A stretch of DNA of 64,000 nt from Eledone cirrhosa (taxonomy: Eukaryota). Both the position numbers and the translations under genes were made by a program. Below, one piece after another: positions 51,501-61,329 of the stretch (position 1 is the stretch's first letter; each line of letters begins with the position of its first letter). The notes beneath the pieces were generated by a model, which was not told the origin of the DNA, made no database searches, and saw nothing but the letters and a program-made list of their open reading frames with translations. The DNA lies in assembly GCA_964016885.1 (NCBI GenBank), contig OZ024743.1, forward strand, positions 271,374,001 through 271,438,000. Reading direction: 5' to 3'.

Positions 51501-54500
51501 TCCCGTTTAAAAGTCTCTATCTCTCTCCTTTCTCTTTCTCCTTCCTTCTTAAACTTTTCCTCCGTTATCTTCTCCTTCTTTTTCCTTTTCCCTCTTCCTT
51601 CCTTTTTTTTTTCCAATCTTCTCACCCCCCCCCCTTTTTTTTTCCAATCTTCTCTCTCCTTTTATATTTTTATCATATGTTGACTGGACACTTTCTTGTT
51701 CACAAGTGTTTATTTTAGGCATCATATCATGTTACCTTATTTTATCTGATGAGAACGCAACTATCGTCCCAGGATGATATTTGTTTTTGAAATGCGCATA
51801 ATAAAATACATGGAACTTTTTTAACCATCTTTTAATTTCTTCTTATATATATATATATATATATATTTTATCATCACCACTGTACATCAATTTTTCCCCA
51901 CTAACATGGGTTAGCCAGGTTGTCCTGTTGCGAGCAATGCTAGGTCAGGTGACCATGTATTGCACATACAGAACTGATTTGGGCTTGGTTTCTATAGCTG
52001 GATGCCCTTTCTAACACCAACCTCATTTACAGTTAGTACTGGGACAGAGGATGGAATTTCTACCTACACCTTTCCTACATACTAAGCAAGGCCATCTCCC
52101 TAAGGGGATCAGGGTTCTATTTTCTCTTCTATTTACTAGGACCTTACTCTTTGTCAGTTTGTAATAATAATTATGAAGACCAAAATCTGAAGAGGGCTCA
52201 ATAAGGATTATACATATATATATATGTATGTATAGTGGTATGGTATGGTCCTGTAACTACTGATGGGTTCGTAGGAACTGCATAGTGACATACAGCGTTT
52301 CTTAGGCATTTAAAAATTTGGCAGAGCTCATCCTTTCCCAGTTCTGAACACAGCAGATTTCTTCCAGAAAAGGATGTAAAGTGAAAAAGTGACATAGAGG
52401 AAGAACACCACCAGTAGTAGACTGGTACTTTTGTTTTTATTGATCTAAAGGATGAAATGCAACCGGCCTATATATATATATATTCATTAAATATATATAT
52501 ATTCATTAAAATAGATACCAAATACGTTTTTACATTAAACATTGACTTATCGTCCCCTTCCTGGGACTTGTCAAAATCAGTTATTTAAGATTAAAAACCT
52601 CATTATAACCTCACCAAAACACTTGACAGCCAGCACCCAAAGAAATTGTTTATATTTAAAAATTCAAAATGACGACATAATACATGGAAAATTTATGCTG
52701 TCCAACTATAGAAATATAATGTCAAACCACTCTAGCACATTACTATAAAAACTTATTTAAAAATTAATAGATGATAAAAATAAAAAGAGAAATATAAAAA
52801 AGACATATATGTATATACGTGTGTATATACATATAATATATATGTGTGTATATACATATAAAGACATATATGTATATACACACATACACACACACACACA
52901 TACATATACAAATATAGATATATACATACGTAAATATATACATACACTCACATCTACATATATACATATAAATATACATATATTTAGATATACACCCACA
53001 TACTCGTACACATATAACATACATAACCACATACAAATATACATGCATATATACACATACATACACATACATATTTCAAGGAGACTCCTTAACACCACTG
53101 CTTTTCTGCCTAGCATTAACACCACTATCTGAAACACTAAACAGAACTGGGCTAGGGTATAAATGCTACAATGGGAAAATTAACTATCTTTTATATCTGG
53201 ATGATCTAAAACAGTATGCTACAAATGAAAAACAACTCTAAACACTGCTACAAACTGTACATGGATTCAGAAAAGAAATAGGCATGAAATTTAGATTAGA
53301 AAAATGTGCCAAGGCAACTCTGAAGAGAGGGAAATTAGTGAAAAGCAATAATATCATGTTAGATAAAAAACAGAAATAACAGAACTAGATCAAACTCAGA
53401 CATACAAATACTTAGGAATCAATGAACTAGATTCAACACACACAAATGAAAGAAAAGATTAGAAAAGAATACTACAGAAGAATTAGGTTAATACTTAAAA
53501 CTGAACTAAATGCAAAGAATAAGGTGATTGGCATCAACACTTTAGCAGTCCCAGTAATGAGCTACAGCTTTAACATTCTGAGCTGGGCACAAAAAGAAGT
53601 AGCTGGAATAGATAGAAAAATAAGAAAAATACTTTTAGAATACACCATTCAAAGATTATACCTACCAAGAACACAAGGAGAAAGGGGTCTTATGCAATTA
53701 GAAAATTCTTATAAAATAACTACTGTAGGACTACAAAAATACCTAATAAAAACAAATAGCCACAAAACATGAACAAAACAAAAAACTATTCTCGGTCTTC
53801 AAGGAAGCCAAAAAATTAAAATCAGCAACTGGACTAACAGAGAATTGTGAGGAAAATGAAAACAAAGAAAAAACAACAGAAATTGTGAAAGACATAAAAT
53901 TTAAATTGAAAACTGACATCCAGAATGCCATGTTAAAACAATGGCAAGAGAAATCCTTACATGGCCAATACTCCCAAAAGCTAAATAGAAAGGAAAGTAG
54001 ACAAAGAAAACACACAAAACTGGCTCTGAAGCACTGGACTAAAAGCTGAGATGGAAGGATTTCTAACTGCAGCACTGGACCAGAGTTTACTCATCAGAAA
54101 CTATCAGAAGTACATAATGAAACAAAGGACTATAAGTAACTGTAGAATATGTGGAGATAGTGAAGAAACAATCAACCACATAGTCTCTGGATGCCCAGCT
54201 CTAGACAAAAAAGAATATATCCACAGGTATGATAGAGTTGGGGTCTTCATACACTGGAAGTTATGCCAGCATTATGAAATACCAACAGTAAAAAGTTGGT
54301 ACAAATACACACTAGCAAAAGTTTTCAGAGAATGACAAAGCAACCATTCTTTGGGATATACCAATACATACAGACAAATAGATCAAGGACAAACGACTAT
54401 ATAATAGTCAAAGACCACAAAGAAAAATAATTGTTTCTACTTTAGGCACAAGGCCAGCAATTACCCAGTGCATTACTGGTACTTTATTTTATCGACCCCG

Positions 54501-57500
54501 TAAGGATGAAAGGCAAAGTGAACCTCGGCGGGATTTGAACTCAGATCGTAAAGGGCCATAACTATGCTGGAAAGCATGGCGTCCGACCCTCTACCGATAC
54601 TGCCAATCCACCACAAAGAAAAATAATGCTTTCCAATAGATGTATCAATCCCCAGAGATGACATATCATCCAAGGAAATAAAGAAACTTTCCAAATATAA
54701 AGATCTAGAGATAGAATTAACTCGAATGTGGAAAATGAAAACAATGATACAAAAACACACAGACAAATACATAGCCAAAACTCCAGGACTTACAAATATA
54801 TACAGCATACAAAAGATAACACTACTAGGCACAGCACACATATTAAGTACTATCAATACAATAGAAAAAACATCAACAAAAACTATACCCCTCATACCCA
54901 AGGCACACAGAGCTGTGCTTGGTAAAGTAGTAATGATGAGCAATGAAAATAATGATGGAAATAATAATTATAATGAAGCTACCAAAAGATATAAATAGAC
55001 TTAGTGACCTGGTCAAAATGAAATTTTGAACATCTCAACATTAACAGCTACAATGGCACCTAAGTCCCCCACCAACAACAGAACTCCTCATCTTCCCTCT
55101 GTAAAAAGCCCCAGCACCACTGGCATAGCCAACAACAACAAAGGCAACTTCAACAATGGCCACAAGTATATTATAATAATAGTTTCTTTATTAGCCACAC
55201 AGGGCTCACATTAAGGAATCACTCATAATGGTTTCTGATTTAGGCACAAGGCCAGCAAATTTTGGGGGAAGGGAAAGTCGATTAAATCGACCCTAGTGTG
55301 TTACTGGTACTTTATTTTATCGACCCTGTAAGGATGAAAGGCAAAGTTAACCTCAGCAGGATTTGAACACAGAACGTAAAGGGCCGTAACTCTCTGCTTC
55401 AAAGCATAACCGATACTGCCAATCCACCGCCCTCAGGAATCACTCATAATAATAACAATTTAAAAAAAACCCGTGACCAAGAAATACCGGGATGGCAGCT
55501 GGCGGGGAATAGCTGTATCTCAAGGGGAGGATGACCCTTCTAGTTTTGGTTGACACTCGTCCTAGAAGTGGTAACTCGAAATGATTACCCCTTGGTGGTG
55601 AAGGATAAAACGCAACAAAATAAATCCAATGTCAAATGATAAAAACTCATACTGAATCGGCCGTCACCTGGGTAAACAAGGGTCACGTCCCTCAGAGAGG
55701 AACCAGACTGGGGTCGAAAAATCAGCTAATGATTCAAACCTTCCCATCAATTTGGAGCTGGAGACCTCCCATAACTGGAATACTCCTACTGATGGCTCTC
55801 CATCAAGAAATCCAAAGAAAAAGAGAAAAATGGTCAAGTGAAGACAATAAAGAAGTCCTTGAGACTTTCTACACTGACATGTACTATCCATCAAATAGAT
55901 CGAATACAGAATAAATGTATATCAACTGGAAAAAGAAACATCCCGAAAACAGAGATTATATTGACAGTAACAAACTAGCTAATATACGAAGAAACATTAA
56001 GAAGAAGTTACTAACTGACATAGAAATTGATCAGATCAAGCAATTAGCGCAAAGTCAGCGAAGGGAAAATGAAACATGTGTCAGTGAAAACAAAGTAAAT
56101 TGTAACACCTTAAATCCCAGGATTGGAGCAGAATCACTGGCAGCAGAACAAATTAATGAAAGGATCGAAAAAGTGGAAGGAGTGAATGTTCAAGATGAAA
56201 CTCAAAATGAAAACAATGAGATCACCAATGATAAAGAAATGAATGAGAATGAACTTGCCAACTTGAAGAATGAAATTATGATTGAATGGATGAAAATGAA
56301 AGAATCTGACATGGGGGAACGAGACACTCTCCCTAAGATCCAGAACTCCAAACAAAACCAGAGGATAATACGCAAGACTTATTCTCTCAAAGACATTATC
56401 ACCACAAATAATCTAAATATTACTGATCTAAATCATCTCTACTATGCATCGGCTAAAGTCACCACTCACTTATGTGGAGTGAAAATGAAAAAAACAAAGG
56501 AATGCCCACAAAAAAACCTACTCGGCAAGAGAACATCCATCACCAAATAAACCTTCTCTGATCTGACAGAAATATTAGCAAACTACAAAGTAGGTGAACA
56601 TGTTAAACAAACTAAACTCAGAAAATTGAAAAGAAAATTCAACATAAAATCAACAAGCGGCATAGACATGATGATGGAAACACGCCTAACCCATGCTAGC
56701 GTGGAAAATGGACGTTAAATGAAGATGATGATGATGATGATGATGATGAAAGCAAAAAGTGTTGGCCAAAGCTGCTCGTATAAGGCACTTTGAAAAACAC
56801 TCCAGATTCTATAAGGATAATAATATGTTAAAAAACAACCAAAAAAACTTCTACAGAAAAATTGTACAAAAAAAGTCAATAATAACAAGGAGGAAGTGCA
56901 AGAATTCTGGAAAAAGATCTGGGCCGAAGAAAAAGTTCATAATATATATACCCCATGGATAGACAGACAAATGAAAGATACAGCTCACCTTGAGGAACAA
57001 ACATGGGAAAATATAACAGTTGAACATCTGCGGTTAGCTTTTAGAAAATACAGCAAATGGAAATCCCCAGGGAAAGACAAAATAGCAAATTTTTGGTAAA
57101 TGCCTTCATAGTCTGATGAGCTCTTAGCCCAACTTTACAATGAAATGGTTAAGGAGCCAGAAAAGATACCATCATGGCTAGTTAACGGCATTACATTCCT
57201 ACTTCCGAAGAATGATGAGACAAATAATCCAAAAAATTACAGACCGATAACTTGCTTGACCACAATGTATAAAATCTTAACATCAATCCTAACTGAATAT
57301 ACATATGGTCACCTGATAACAAATGATCTATTTCCCAATGACCAGAAAGGATGTAAACGAGCCTCATATGGCTATTAAAATCCTCCACAGTACAGATTAC
57401 TCATAACCTCTACTTGGATTACCTTAATGTATATATATTTATAGGTTCTCTCTACCCTATATATATGGGGTAGAGAAGACTCTTCGGTCTTGTCAAATAT

Positions 57501-58512
57501 ATGACAATCTCCTAGTGTTGGTGCCACTATAAAATATACCCACTACACTCTGTAAAGCCTTAATGCTGGTGCCAAGATAAAATGCACCCAGTCCATGCTG
57601 TAATGTGGTAGAAATGGTGTCACAATAAAATACACATGATACACACTGTAAATTTGTAGTGCTGGTGTCACAATATATTGTACCAATAGCTTACCTGATG
57701 TCTGATCCTTAACTGGCCTATCTTACCTGATGACTGATTCTTACCTGGTGACTGATCCTTACCTGGCCTAGCTTACTTCGTGATTGATCATTACCTGGCC
57801 TATATTACCTGATGTCTGATTCTTACTTAGCCTAGCTTACTTGATGTTTGATCCTTACCTGGCCTATTTTACCTGGTGATTGATTCTTATCTGGCCTAGC
57901 TTACCTGATGTCTGATCCTTACCCGGCCTATATTACCTGATGACTGATCCTTACCTTGGCTGTCTTACCTGGTGATTGATCCTTATCTAGTCTAGCTTAC
58001 CTGATGCCTGATTCTTATCTGGCCTATCTTACCTGGTGACTGATCCTTATCTGGCCCATCTTACCTGGTGACCAATCCTTACCTGGCCTATATTACTGGA
58101 TTTCTGATCCTTACCTGATAACTGAATCTTACCTTGGCTATCTTTCCTGTTGATTGATCCTCATCTGTTCTAGCTTACTTGATGCCTGACCTTACCTATC
58201 TTACCTGGTGTCTGATCCTTACCTGATGTTAGTAGATGAACTGATCCTTACCTAGCCCATTTTGGTGATTGATCCTTACTTGATCTATGTTACCTGGTGT
58301 TGGTAGATAAACTGCTTCTTACCTGATCTATGTTACCAGGTGTTGGTAGAAAAACCTGAACAACAGGCCCTACTAACTGGCAATGCTGCATTTGTAGAAA
58401 CATTTGGGATTTCTCATCAGTCACATCATAGCATAATATTTCAGGTTCTTGTTCTGTTTCAAGGCAATTACAACATATTTTGAAAACTGGGTCTTCATAC
58501 TTCCAATAATAC
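27918..58512 (-). CDS. ZU5-ZU5 plus tandem death-domain protein (ankyrin/DTHD1/PIDD-like adaptor), 5'-partial. complement(join(27918..28006,32792..33025,34333..34441,38935..39131,40613..40643,42328..42370,43493..43595,44895..45000,47061..47255,49631..49774,58323..58512))
   Basis: 11 exons with AG/GT ends and compatible phases (1441 nt = 1 + 480 codons including stop). ZU5-like motifs: QLVGPVVQV, IISSDGTTW, LPCYIALIKR..NGGKMVSS..IIFPAGA. Death-domain-like motifs: VGDRWEYLAGELNV..FKMLMSW and MKWKELGTYLGV..CFSVLECW. Confidence 0.75.
29585..30600 (+). mobile_element. Degenerate LINE reverse transcriptase 3' part (RTE-X-like)
   Basis: DHVPQDLLWKVLKEY and PALTYGHESWVMTERIRLRIQATEM peptides; frameshifted; GAA-rich tail. 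Confidence 0.75.
30890..32521 (+). mobile_element. hAT (Buster/Charlie, ZBED5/SCAND3-like) transposon remnant
   Basis: AMVG..KGF, HCVIHRQHLAAK, HTEVRWLSK, PFPSSYLVE motifs across frameshifts; TIR-like GGTTGAGAACC at ~32505. Confidence 0.85.
32792..33025 (-). CDS. ZU5/DD gene exon, death domain 2
   Basis: KWKELGTYLGVSEG...REKCFSVLECWQE; tttacag acceptor, gtaagt donor. Confidence 0.85.
33367..33680 (-). mobile_element. SINE with LINE-derived tail (related copy ~46605-46890 on +)
   Basis: Shared cttgagcaagacacttta and ggcatggagag...gactgctg segments. Confidence 0.65.
34333..34441 (-). CDS. ZU5/DD gene exon, end of death domain 1 (VKPLASALSVLGYQQLVKEL)
   Basis: tttcag acceptor, gtaagt donor, phase 0/1. 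Confidence 0.8.
36955..38410. repeat. 21/18-bp minisatellite
   Basis: Alternating cccaccaaaatactactatgt and cccaccaaaataatg(ttg)tgt units; homogeneous core, degenerate edges. Confidence 0.95.
38631..38904. mobile_element. Mariner-like MITE (inverted copy ~43017-43218)
   Basis: TA-flanked TIR cgagggtcagctgaa..gttca; second copy in opposite orientation. Confidence 0.65.
38935..39131 (-). CDS. ZU5/DD gene exon, death domain 1
   Basis: FLKVSDVVGDRWEYLAGELNVSG...AAFKMLMSWH; ccaag acceptor, gtcagt donor. Confidence 0.85.
40613..40643 (-). CDS. ZU5/DD gene 31-nt microexon (NWQKQIQDIK)
   Basis: atcag acceptor, gtatga donor; phase 0/1 bridges neighbours. Confidence 0.6.
41230..41940. repeat. 62-bp (30+32) tandem repeat
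   Basis: agtcaacatctacacactatgtcaacatat + agtcagcatgtacacactgtatctatatatat, about 7 near-perfect copies with degenerate flanks. Confidence 0.93.
42328..42370 (-). CDS. ZU5/DD gene small exon (CENEYMLKPSLIPW)
   Basis: tccag acceptor, gtgagt donor; phase 2/0. Confidence 0.65.
43493..43595 (-). CDS. ZU5/DD gene exon (LQLYTKNHSSQW...FKIKPSS)
   Basis: Only one open frame; tgtag acceptor, gtaaga donor. Confidence 0.7.
44050..44490 (+). mobile_element. LINE AP-endonuclease fragment (RTE/Bov-B-like)
   Basis: IIMGDFNIRVG, TTW...WHMIDYV, SDH motifs. Confidence 0.8.
44895..45000 (-). CDS. ZU5/DD gene exon (LNPYQPIPQL...QPITVHFSS...)
   Basis: ttccag acceptor, gtaagt donor; ZU5-like PITV motif. Confidence 0.75.
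47061..47255 (-). CDS. ZU5/DD gene exon, ZU5A/ZU5B junction (ELPCYIALIKR...GGKMVSS...FPAGA)
   Basis: Resembles the ankyrin FPQYFAVVSR..GG.LSS..FPEGA segment; gtaaga donor; acceptor position less certain. Confidence 0.75.
47328..47680. repeat. (GTA/GCA/GTG)n trinucleotide microsatellite
   Basis: Direct reading. Confidence 0.9.
48431..48508. mobile_element. ~80-bp Tc1/mariner-type MITE
   Basis: cagggtgtc.caaaaaat.tata...cact inverted termini, preceded by TA. Confidence 0.6.
48544..48803 (-). pseudogene. 28S rRNA fragment (domain V, P-loop region)
   Basis: Reverse complement contains GGGGAGTTTGACTGGGGCGGTAC, CAGGTGTCC and AAGGGCAAAAGCTC, universal LSU motifs; only ~260 bp present. Confidence 0.88.
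49631..49774 (-). CDS. ZU5/DD gene exon (STIQITSF...IISSDGTTW...HLEA)
   Basis: ttttcag acceptor, gtaaga donor; ZU5 S.DG.TW motif. Confidence 0.75.
49865..49931 (-). ncRNA. Type I minimal hammerhead ribozyme
   Basis: tatattttgt-CTGATGA-aaatgtac/gtaccttt-GAAA-tatgta-TA-ataaaatata; 10-bp stem I. Confidence 0.65.
50165..51830 (+). mobile_element. Penelope-like element 3' end: GIY-YIG endonuclease plus pLTR region
   Basis: CPLNNFCL..NLVYEC..YIGST..KARLYNH..TALS..IW..CNLCLAEK peptide (50190-50620); hammerhead motif downstream. Confidence 0.85.
51738..51808 (+). ncRNA. Type I minimal hammerhead ribozyme of the Penelope pLTR
   Basis: tattttat-CTGATGA-long stem II-GAAA-tgcgca-TA-ataaaata. Confidence 0.7.
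53071..54975 (+). mobile_element. Dong/R4-clade non-LTR retrotransposon, 3' half (RT end, CCHC, RLE endonuclease), degenerate
   Basis: IFQGDSLTPLLFCL, YLDDLK, YKYLG, CRICG...ETINHIVSGCPAL, YKDLEIEL motifs. Confidence 0.88.
55460..57380 (+). mobile_element. Dong/R4-clade retrotransposon, 5' half (N-terminus and start of RT), degenerate
   Basis: WKSPGKDKIANFW and GITFLLPK...NYRPITCL...QKGC motifs. Confidence 0.85.
57689..58340 (-). repeat. 32-bp (18+14) minisatellite composed of AG|GTAAG splice-donor motifs
   Basis: About 19 exact CTTACCT on + plus many variants; contiguous with the exon end at 58323. Confidence 0.9.
58323..58512 (-). CDS. ZU5/DD gene exon (YYWKYEDP...QLVGPVVQVFLPTPGNIDQ)
   Basis: Open 63-codon frame, CAG|gtaaga donor, ZU5-like LVGPVV motif. 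Confidence 0.7.
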
Positions 58513-59161
58513 CTGTTGATTTTTGTTTTGTTTTATTTTTGGGTGTTTGTTTTATAGTTTGTTGTTTTGGAGTTTTTGTAAAAACAAAAGAAATTAGAAA
58601 GAAAGATTAGACAGTGAAATGTGATAGAAAAGATAGAATATAATATTAAACAGTAACATAAAGATTTCTTTAAACTGGCTCAAGTTCAATGATTTGAATG
58701 AATCTCAGGTTCTCCCTCAGTACTTCACTGGTAGATATTTATCCACTACAGTTGACTAAAAAACAAAATTGACCCTGCTGCAGGATTTAAGCTCAGAACT
58801 TAAGGTATTTAATCCTCCCCTCTTCCATTTCTGCCATTCACAACTAAGTTCAATAAATATTGAGTAGAAGAGTCAGTTTAAAATGCTATTATTGATACAC
58901 TGAAATTACTCATTATATGTGGCTATTCTGCTAAACAAACTAAATTCTAAATTCTAAACAACCAAGTGATTCAAAAGAAAACCCTATAAATAGTAGGGAG
59001 AGCATAAGAATTAAAACAGCTTTCTCCTATATCTCACCCAGGTCTGACCAGAGGAGAGGAAATAGACTAGTTGGCATGGGCCTACAATTTAACGTGGGGA
59101 GTGCCTAACCTTCACAAGTTTTACTTTTTTTATTCAGTTATGTGTTCATCATGTACACAAC

Positions 59162-59232
<71 letters not shown>

Positions 59233-59589
59233 CACCTCCACTGCTAATTCGGTCACCTAGGTAGCAGAAGCTTTCTACTGTTTCTACAGAGCCCTATGAG
59301 AATTTAGTGGTGTTTGTTTCCTGTGGCCGTTTGCTGCTTGGTGTCCCATGCTAGCGTGGAAGAATAGACGTAAAATGGTGACGATGATATATATATGTGT
59401 GTGTATATGTAAGAAAAGAGTCAGAATCCAGATGGCTGAGCTCTGGCCGTATGTGTACAAAACAGCTTTCTCCTATACCTCAGTGGGAGGAGCGTGGGGG
59501 CATATTATCTATATGCTTCAGCTTCAGCTTGTACCCGTGGGTCTTCTGTATTACTATGTATATGTGTGTATATATATATATTTTGGAAA

Positions 59590-60170
59590 GTACAATAACT
59601 AGGGTAAGAACGGGATGGAAGAAGTTCAGGGAGCTACTGCCACTGCTAGCTGCAAAAGGCTTTTCCCTCAAAATGAAAGGCAGACTGTATGATGCATGTA
59701 TACAAACAGCAATGTTACATGGTAGTGAGACCTGGGCGCTGTCTGTAGAAGACTTGCGTAGATTAGAAAGAAACAAAGCCTGCATGCTCCGATGGATGTG
59801 TAATAGTAATATACGCGAACGGCAAAGCATAAACGAATTGAGAGAAAGACTGAGAATAAGAGGAATCAAATGCTGTGTGCAGGAGAGGAGGTTGCGTTGG
59901 TATGGACATGTGATGTGTATGAAGGATGACAGCTGCATAAAAAGGTGCAGAGCACTAGCAGTCGATGGAAACCGTGGAGTGGGGAGACCCAAGAAGACTT
60001 GAGATAAGGTGATAAAAGATAACCTTACCCAATTGCACCTCTCAAAGGCGATGACACATGACTGTGACTTTTGGCATCATGCAGTAATACAGAAGACCCG
60101 AATTCCCACGGGTACAAGCCGAAGCTGAAGCATATAGACAATATGCCCCCACCCACTCCCACTGCAAAGT
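59590..60170 (+). mobile_element. RTE LINE 3' fragment
   Basis: RVRTGWKKFREL...MLHGSETW...ERRLRWYGHV...GRPKKT. Confidence 0.88.
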
Positions 60171-60179
60171 GGTCGTGAA

Positions 60180-60900
60180 GAAACTAACAGGTAGGGAAAA
60201 CTACGTATGCAGTAGATGTACAGGGAAAGTTGACAGTAGTAATCGCAGTGATAGACACATTTTCCCAATGCAGGTGGGTTCTATAGAAGTGGTTGATAGG
60301 TTCTGGTACCTAGGTGATCAGATTAGCATGGGAGGTGGGGGGGGGGGGTGTTCCGAGGCCATAGTATCTAGAATAAGGACGGGTTGGAAGAAGTTTAGGG
60401 AGCTGCTTCCTCCCTGCATACGAAAGGACGGTTATATGATGCCTGTGTGAGATGCGCGATGCTGCATGGTAGTGGGACATGGGCAGCAACTCCAGAGGAT
60501 ATAAGCGACGGCTGAAGAGAAATGAAGCAAGTATGCTCCGTTGCATATGCAATGTTAATGTGTGTGAATGACAAAGCATAGATGAGTTGAGAAAGAAACT
60601 GGGTATAAGAGGGATAAGTTGTGGTGTGCAGGAGACAAGACTGAGATGGTATGGACATGTGATGCACATAGAGGATGACCGCTGGGTAAAGAAGTTCCAA
60701 GAAATCCCAGTAGAAGGAAGATGCAGTAGAAGTAGAGCACAAAAGAACATGGGCGAAGGTAGTGAGAGCAGACCTCAGGTCACTGAAACTCACGGAGGAG
60801 ATGACGAAGGACCGTGACAAGTGGAGAGATGGTGTGCTGAATAGGACCCGTCCCGCCCTTGCAGGGAAAAGCGGATGTAAAATGATGATGATGATGATGA
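60180..60900 (+). mobile_element. Second, more degenerate RTE LINE 3' end with (TGA)n tail
   Basis: FWYLGDQI, RIRTGWKKFREL, ETRLRWYGHV peptides. Confidence 0.82.
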
Positions 60901-61329
60901 TATATCATCATCATCGTTTAACGTCCATCTTCCACGCTAGCATGGGTTGGATATATACATATATATATATATATGTATATCATCATCATCATCATCATCA
61001 ATGTTTAACGTCCGTGTTCCACGCTTGCATGGGTTTGGACGGGGGTTTTCCCACTTGAGGCAAGAGTGATTGTCTTGCTCGCATAGGACTGTCTGGCAGG
61101 TTTTCTACAGTTGGATGCCCTTCCTAACACCAACCACATTTACAGTGTGGGTCTGGGAGGTTTTTACCATGTTGACTACACGGCCACATTACAGCGTGGA
61201 CTGTGTGTTTTTTTGTCGTGACACCTACACGATCTCATTTGTTTCAGCCTGGATGGTGTGGCACCAACATAACTTTACATAGAAGGGGGCGGTGTGGATG
61301 GGGTTGGGGTGGTGGGATGGGGGTGTATT

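Noticed and set aside
52753-53137. Several Tyr/Ile/Val/Cys-rich ORFs
   Set aside because: Degenerate (TA/CA)n low-complexity sequence.
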